From: an uncultured Alphaproteobacteria bacterium
Lineage (GTDB): Bacteria > Pseudomonadota > Alphaproteobacteria > Rhizobiales > Rhodomicrobiaceae
Length of the DNA stretch: 64,000 nt
Direction of reading: 5' to 3'
NCBI GenBank assembly: GCA_963764115.1
Contig: CAVXRT010000051.1
Span: forward strand, 5,125 to 69,124
A model generated the notes under the pieces. The model did no database searches. It was not told the origin of the DNA and saw nothing but the letters and a program-made list of their open reading frames with translations. The number at the start of each line of letters is the position of its first letter. The first letter of the stretch is position 1. Made by a program: the position numbers and the translations under genes. Shown piece after piece: positions 59,284 to 64,000 of this stretch.

Positions 59284-61437
59284 ATGACAACGAAGATTGA
59301 GGCGCACGAGCGCAACATCGGCGATATTTTTAGCGATCTGTATCAGTTCGAGATTCCACCTTATCAGCGGCCGTATGCTTGGGAGGAGGATCAGGTTCGC
59401 GAACTTCTCAACGACCTTCTAGACGCCATGGACAACCGTGATGTCAGCGGCGGTCTATACTTCCTCGGCAGCATTGTAATTGTCAAACTTCCGACCGAAG
59501 CGTGGGTGAGAGTAATCGACGGTCAGCAACGGCTAACAACACTAACGATTTTGTTGAGCATACTGCGCGACCTAACGACGGATGCGGAACGTAAAATCGA
59601 ACGGCGTTCATACGTCTATCAAAAGGCAAGCCCTGATAGGGGGCTAGAGGAGCGCTACCGGCTTCTCTTGCGTGAGCGAGATCGGCCATTTTTCTCATTG
59701 TACGTGCAGGCTCCCGGCGGGACGGACAATCTGCCTAACATTGCGAAGCTCGAAGGTAGTCAAAAACGCATTGCTGAGAACACGAAGATTCTGCGCACCC
59801 GGTTGGAGGAGACACCGGAGGAACGGCGGAACACGCTGATCGCATTTCTAATCCAGCGTTGTTATCTAGTTGTTGTCGCCGTTCCAACGGCGGAAGCTGC
59901 TCGGAAAATCTTCACAGTCCTTAATGCCCGCGGCCTCGATTTAACTCCCACAGATATTCTTAAGGCCGACCTCCTTGAACGTGCTGGCACTGCCATAGAG
60001 GCGTCCCTGGCCAACAGATGGGAGCAAGTGGAACACTCCTTAGGTCGTGAAAGAATGGTCGAACTATTCGGCCACATCAGAATGATTTATGAGCGTGACA
60101 AACCAAGACTAGCGCTAGAAGCAGGGTTTCCCAAATTTGTGCCGCCTTTTAAAGGAGATGCGGATGCCTTCATCTCCAAGGTCCTCGAGCCGCTTGCGGA
60201 TGCATGGCTGCTGCTTGCGGACACGGCGCGCGTGCAAATGCATTTTGGAAGAGAAGCAGCCAAGGCCGTGCGCTCGCTTGACCGAATAGACAACAAGGAT
60301 TGGCTTCCCGCTGTGTTGCTTCGCATGTGGAGGTGCAAGCACGGAGAAAGCTCTGCGATTGCGAATTTTTTAATTGACCTTGAGCGTCTAGCATATTTCC
60401 TCTTTGTCACGCGCGCGGATGTGAACAGTAGGATCGCGCGATTTTCTGCTGTGATGGACGAGTTCGAGCCCCGACAGGGCAAAGAGAAGCCCATCGGGCT
60501 GACCCTGTCCGATTCGGAGCAAAAGCAATTTGTTCGCGTTCTATCGGGGCCGCTTTACCAAATCACCCGCGTTTGCAAACCTGTGATGCAACGGCTGGAC
60601 GAAGCACTGTCCAGTGGAGGCGCAAGTTATGACGAGCTTGTGTCGATCGAGCACGTCCTTCCTCAAACAGTCGATGACGATAGTGAATGGGCAATTTTGT
60701 TTCCGGAGGAGCAAGAACGGTTCGACTGGACCCACCGATTGGCTAATCTGGTTTTTTTGACACACAGGATAAATACCCGCGCGTCTAATTGGGATTTCGA
60801 GCGAAAGAAAAAGCAATACTTCGCGTCAAGCGATGGCTCGTCGCCTTTCGTTATCACGCAGGGGGTTTTACAAACCGAGAATTGGACACTTGAACATTTG
60901 TGCATCAGGCAGAAGCAGTTAGTAGCAAAGCTATGTGAAGTCTGGCGATTAAATGCAGTGGATGTTGAGGAAGAGCTAATCAGCGCAATGCCAGAAAGAG
61001 GCACTTGGCAATTCACAGATACTAAGATCATCGACGCCAAGCGAGAAAAAATGATGCAAGCATTAGGTCAAAAGTATGGACTGACACTGAAAAAAAAGGG
61101 CGCGCTGTGTTGGACGGACGATAAGACCCTTCGCGCCGTCTGTACTGTATCAAAGCGATATGCGAAGGGGGCCGCCTATTGGTACGCATACTCCGTAGAG
61201 CAGCGAAAATTTCTCTCGGAGGGTCAAAAATCGTTTTTGGTATTCGGCTGCGTGGAGCGTAGCAGTGCCTATGCACTCCCCGCCGCTGAGCTTGAGAAGA
61301 TAATCGATAATCTTCACCAGACGCCAAACAAACATTGGCACCTCGTATTAGATGATAACGAGACAGGGGGGCTCGATCTGGTTCCTAGAAGTGGGCCGCG
61401 GATTCCGCTCAACAAGTATGAACTAAAATTGGTTTAG
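59284..61437 (+). CDS. gmrSD: GmrSD-family type IV restriction endonuclease (DUF262 + DUF1524) with C-terminal extension
   Basis: IPPYQRPYAW, IDGQQRLTT, IFTVLNARG and IEHVLPQ...LANL.FL...IN; visibly lower GC than the flanks. Confidence 0.92.
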   Translation: MTTKIEAHERNIGDIFSDLYQFEIPPYQRPYAWEEDQVRELLNDLLDAMDNRDVSGGLYFLGSIVIVKLPTEAWVRVIDGQQRLTTLTILLSILRDLTTDAERKIERRSYVYQKASPDRGLEERYRLLLRERDRPFFSLYVQAPGGTDNLPNIAKLEGSQKRIAENTKILRTRLEETPEERRNTLIAFLIQRCYLVVVAVPTAEAARKIFTVLNARGLDLTPTDILKADLLERAGTAIEASLANRWEQVEHSLGRERMVELFGHIRMIYERDKPRLALEAGFPKFVPPFKGDADAFISKVLEPLADAWLLLADTARVQMHFGREAAKAVRSLDRIDNKDWLPAVLLRMWRCKHGESSAIANFLIDLERLAYFLFVTRADVNSRIARFSAVMDEFEPRQGKEKPIGLTLSDSEQKQFVRVLSGPLYQITRVCKPVMQRLDEALSSGGASYDELVSIEHVLPQTVDDDSEWAILFPEEQERFDWTHRLANLVFLTHRINTRASNWDFERKKKQYFASSDGSSPFVITQGVLQTENWTLEHLCIRQKQLVAKLCEVWRLNAVDVEEELISAMPERGTWQFTDTKIIDAKREKMMQALGQKYGLTLKKKGALCWTDDKTLRAVCTVSKRYAKGAAYWYAYSVEQRKFLSEGQKSFLVFGCVERSSAYALPAAELEKIIDNLHQTPNKHWHLVLDDNETGGLDLVPRSGPRIPLNKYELKLV

Positions 61438-61537
61438 AAGGAGTCGGTGCCGAGCAATTGTCTCGTGCAGGGGGGCTATTGATCGATTGTCGGTGTAACT
61501 TGCCGCGTAGCCAAATCGGGGAAAGCGCCAACCCGCC

Positions 61538-62575
61538 TCACCGGAAGTGCTTCGAAAGCTTCAGCGCCTGCGCCTGATAATGCGAGCCGATCTCGCGCCC
61601 ATAGAGCTGCGCGGGCGGCTCGCTGAGCGGCTCGTAGATCAGCCGCCCGATCAACTGCCCATCCTCCAGGATGAACGGAACCTTGTGGCTGCGCACCTCC
61701 AGCACCGCGCGGCTGCCATGGCCGCCCGTCTCAGCCATGCCGAAGCCCGGATCGAAGAACCCGGCGTAATGGACGCGGAACTCGCCCATGAGCGCGTTGA
61801 AGGGCTCCATCTCGGCGGCGTGCGTGGAGGGCACGAGAACGGCTTCCTTCGAGGCGAGGATATAGAACTCGTCCGGGTCGAGGATTAAGAGCTTCTGGGG
61901 CGTCACCATCAGCGGCTCCCAGAACTCGTCGATGTCGTAAGCGCCCGCGCGATCCACGTCGATGACGCCGGTGTGGCGCTTGGCGCGGTAGCCGATCAGG
62001 GGATAGGGTCCGCCGCCGCAGAGGTCGACGGACAGCGAGACCTCGCGGGGATGATGCGCGGTTGCCGCAGCCTCGGCGCTCGCGCTGCGAAAGCGCATTT
62101 GCGAAAGCCGCGACCCGGTGCGCACCAGGATCGGGAAGGTCTGCGGGCAGATTTCGAGGTAGAGGCGGCCGCGATAGCCGGGGACGGTCTGGTCGAAGCC
62201 GGGGCTGTGATCGGCGATGACGCGCGTGAAAACGTCGAGCCTCCCGGTCGAGCTTTTCGGGTTCGCGACGCCGGTCACGTCCGGGGGGAGCGCCAGCGCC
62301 TCATCGATCTCGGCGACATAAACGCAGCCGACTTCCAGAACCGCGCCGGGGCCGAGATCCACGGTGTGAAGCACGAACCGCTCGATCTGCTCCCGCGTCG
62401 TGGCGGCAGGCCCCGGCATGAAGCTCGCACGCACCCTGAATGCGCGCGCGCCCAGCCGAAGATCGAGGCTCGCGGGCTGGATTTGCCCGGCCCCGATCGG
62501 AGCGGCCGACGCGATTGCGCCTCTCTCGATCAGCGCCGCGATCGCCTGCGATGGAAGAATGCCAAGACCCGTCAT
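61538..62575 (-). CDS. dcd: dCTP deaminase (alphaproteobacterial long form)
   Basis: QPASLDLRLG, ANPKSSTGRLDVF, EFRVHYAGFFDPGFG and LKLSKHF. Confidence 0.95.
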   Translation of the reverse strand: MTGLGILPSQAIAALIERGAIASAAPIGAGQIQPASLDLRLGARAFRVRASFMPGPAATTREQIERFVLHTVDLGPGAVLEVGCVYVAEIDEALALPPDVTGVANPKSSTGRLDVFTRVIADHSPGFDQTVPGYRGRLYLEICPQTFPILVRTGSRLSQMRFRSASAEAAATAHHPREVSLSVDLCGGGPYPLIGYRAKRHTGVIDVDRAGAYDIDEFWEPLMVTPQKLLILDPDEFYILASKEAVLVPSTHAAEMEPFNALMGEFRVHYAGFFDPGFGMAETGGHGSRAVLEVRSHKVPFILEDGQLIGRLIYEPLSEPPAQLYGREIGSHYQAQALKLSKHFR

Positions 62576-62687
62576 GGCTCAGGAATAGGCGATGTCGGGG
62601 CCGCCGAACAACTCATTTTCCTGAAGCCTTGCGGCAAGCGGCGGAAAGGCCGCTCCACATTGGACACGCTAACGGATCGCGGTTGTC

Positions 62688-62785
62688 GTCATCCCGGAAG
62701 GGCGAAGACCTATCCGGGATCGTAACACGTTGAAACCTGTATTTATTTTACGTTCCCGGCTCGCGTTTCGCTTGGCCGGGATGAC
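62688..62785. repeat. REP/RPE-like palindromic element
   Basis: GTCATCCCGG...CCGGGATGAC termini. Confidence 0.75.
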
Positions 62786-62824
62786 GAAACGCGAAGGTCC
62801 CCCGGTCAGTTCAGCGGGGTTCGC

Positions 62825-63559
62825 CTAGCGCCGTGACGTCGAGACGACGAGGCGCGCGTCCTTGAGGCCAAGCCGCTTTTCAGCCAAGGCGACCCAATGC
62901 CGGCAGCTTGCCAACCCAAGCTTGCAATGCACGAGCATCCCTGTGGCAGCGGCAGGGGTATGTGTGCGCACAGCGACACTCACGCCTACGCCTACGCCTT
63001 CCGCCTCGCGGCTTGCCTTGGCGAGAAGGTCGCTCGCAGTCATGCTTCTCAGGAACGGGTTGGCCGCGATTGCGGCCTCGCTGAGGAGGTTCGACACCAG
63101 CTCCTCGGGCTTTGCCCCGATAACTTTGAGCGCACCGCCCGCGCCCGCGAAAAAGGCGAGGCGAAGGTTCGCGGCCGTGGCCTCGACGCCTTTCGCCGCC
63201 AGCGCGTTTGCGTTTTCGCGGGTGTAGATCAGGGCCACGTCGCGGGAAACTTGCGGGTCTGTCCGGAGCGTCAGAATGTCCGCATCCGTTTTTCCCGACG
63301 CCAAGCCAGGGAAGTTCCGGCGCACGATATCGAGGAATGTGGTCTCGATGAACTGGAAGGGACCAAGCGCCGATGACGCGGGGTTTTTGGCGTATCGCCG
63401 CCCGCCTGACTCTGCGCGCATCAGCCGGTCGAGAAACAGCGTCTCGCTCGTCGTCGGGGTGAGCTTGGCTTCAGCCTCCCCTTCAGCGAGGCACGCGAAG
63501 GAGGGACTGAAAAGGAAAGCGGCGAGCACAACGATGAGCTTCCCCAAGCCGCGCATCAT
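62825..63559 (-). CDS. Lytic-transglycosylase/lysozyme-like secreted protein
   Basis: Signal peptide, AESGG and [14 protein letters not shown]; ATG overlaps the moaA stop codon. Confidence 0.8.
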   Translation of the reverse strand: MMRGLGKLIVVLAAFLFSPSFACLAEGEAEAKLTPTTSETLFLDRLMRAESGGRRYAKNPASSALGPFQFIETTFLDIVRRNFPGLASGKTDADILTLRTDPQVSRDVALIYTRENANALAAKGVEATAANLRLAFFAGAGGALKVIGAKPEELVSNLLSEAAIAANPFLRSMTASDLLAKASREAEGVGVGVSVAVRTHTPAAATGMLVHCKLGLASCRHWVALAEKRLGLKDARLVVSTSRR

Positions 63560-64000
63560 CCGCCCGTCATGCTCATGTGACGGCCAAGCGCTGGCTTCCC
63601 ACCGCGGCGGCCGATGACAAAGTCGTGACCCTTCGGCTTGCGGCCGATGGCTTCGTCGATTGTCGCGGCAAGGAGATCGTCCGAGGCGCTGGCCCGGAGC
63701 GGCGCTCGCAGGTCCGCGGCGTCTTCCTGGCCGAGGCACATGTAAAGCGTGCCGGTGCAGGTGACGCGAACGCGATTGCAGCTTTCGCAGAAATTATGCG
63801 TCAAGGGCGTGATAAAGCCGAGCCGCCCGCCTGTTTCGCGAACCCGGACATAGCGCGCCGGGCCGCCGGTTCGGTAGGGGATATCCTCCAGCGTCAGCCG
63901 GTCCATGAGGCGGGCGCGCACCACCGACAGCGGCAGATACTGGTCGGTGCGGTCACCTTCGATGTCTCCGAGCGGCATGGTCTCTATCAGTGTCAGGTCC
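63556..64000 (-). CDS. moaA: GTP 3',8-cyclase MoaA (3' part, runs off the window)
   Basis: [21 protein letters not shown] and C-terminal MSMTGG. Confidence 0.97.
   Translation of the reverse strand, partial: DLTLIETMPLGDIEGDRTDQYLPLSVVRARLMDRLTLEDIPYRTGGPARYVRVRETGGRLGFITPLTHNFCESCNRVRVTCTGTLYMCLGQEDAADLRAPLRASASDDLLAATIDEAIGRKPKGHDFVIGRRGGKPALGRHMSMTGG

Overview
A 64 kb GC-rich chromosomal window from an alphaproteobacterium, most likely Hyphomicrobiales (inferred from gene content, an MmgR-type sRNA and REP-type repeats). In order it carries: a NikR-controlled nickel module (NiCoT permease, His-rich protein, NikR, MnoP/OprB-like porin) with two readable NikR operators; a ChaC homologue and a speF/alpha-r45-like RNA; an IS630 with small orphan genes; a sulfur/redox cluster (cysG, TauD remnant, Crp/Fnr, NifX-like, YeiH, TauE, two BigR/SqrR-type ArsR regulators, RND pump); four secreted proteins, two of them Gly/Trp/Tyr low-complexity; a CPA1 antiporter and MmgR; a complete Tad/Flp pilus locus ending at tRNA-Pro; GST and leuC; two IS110 elements whose bridge-RNA guides can be read from the sequence; TetR-pspA-yiaAB; aas; a small defence island (decayed MNT-HEPN, GmrSD); dcd; a lytic transglycosylase and part of moaA. 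The most unexplained signal is a ~410 bp non-coding element present three times (about 6.4-6.8 kb, 31.6-32.0 kb and 49.4-49.8 kb). It is built from TTAA half-sites at fixed spacing, a central CtrA-type box and flanking IHF-like sites. All calls were made by eye, without database searches.
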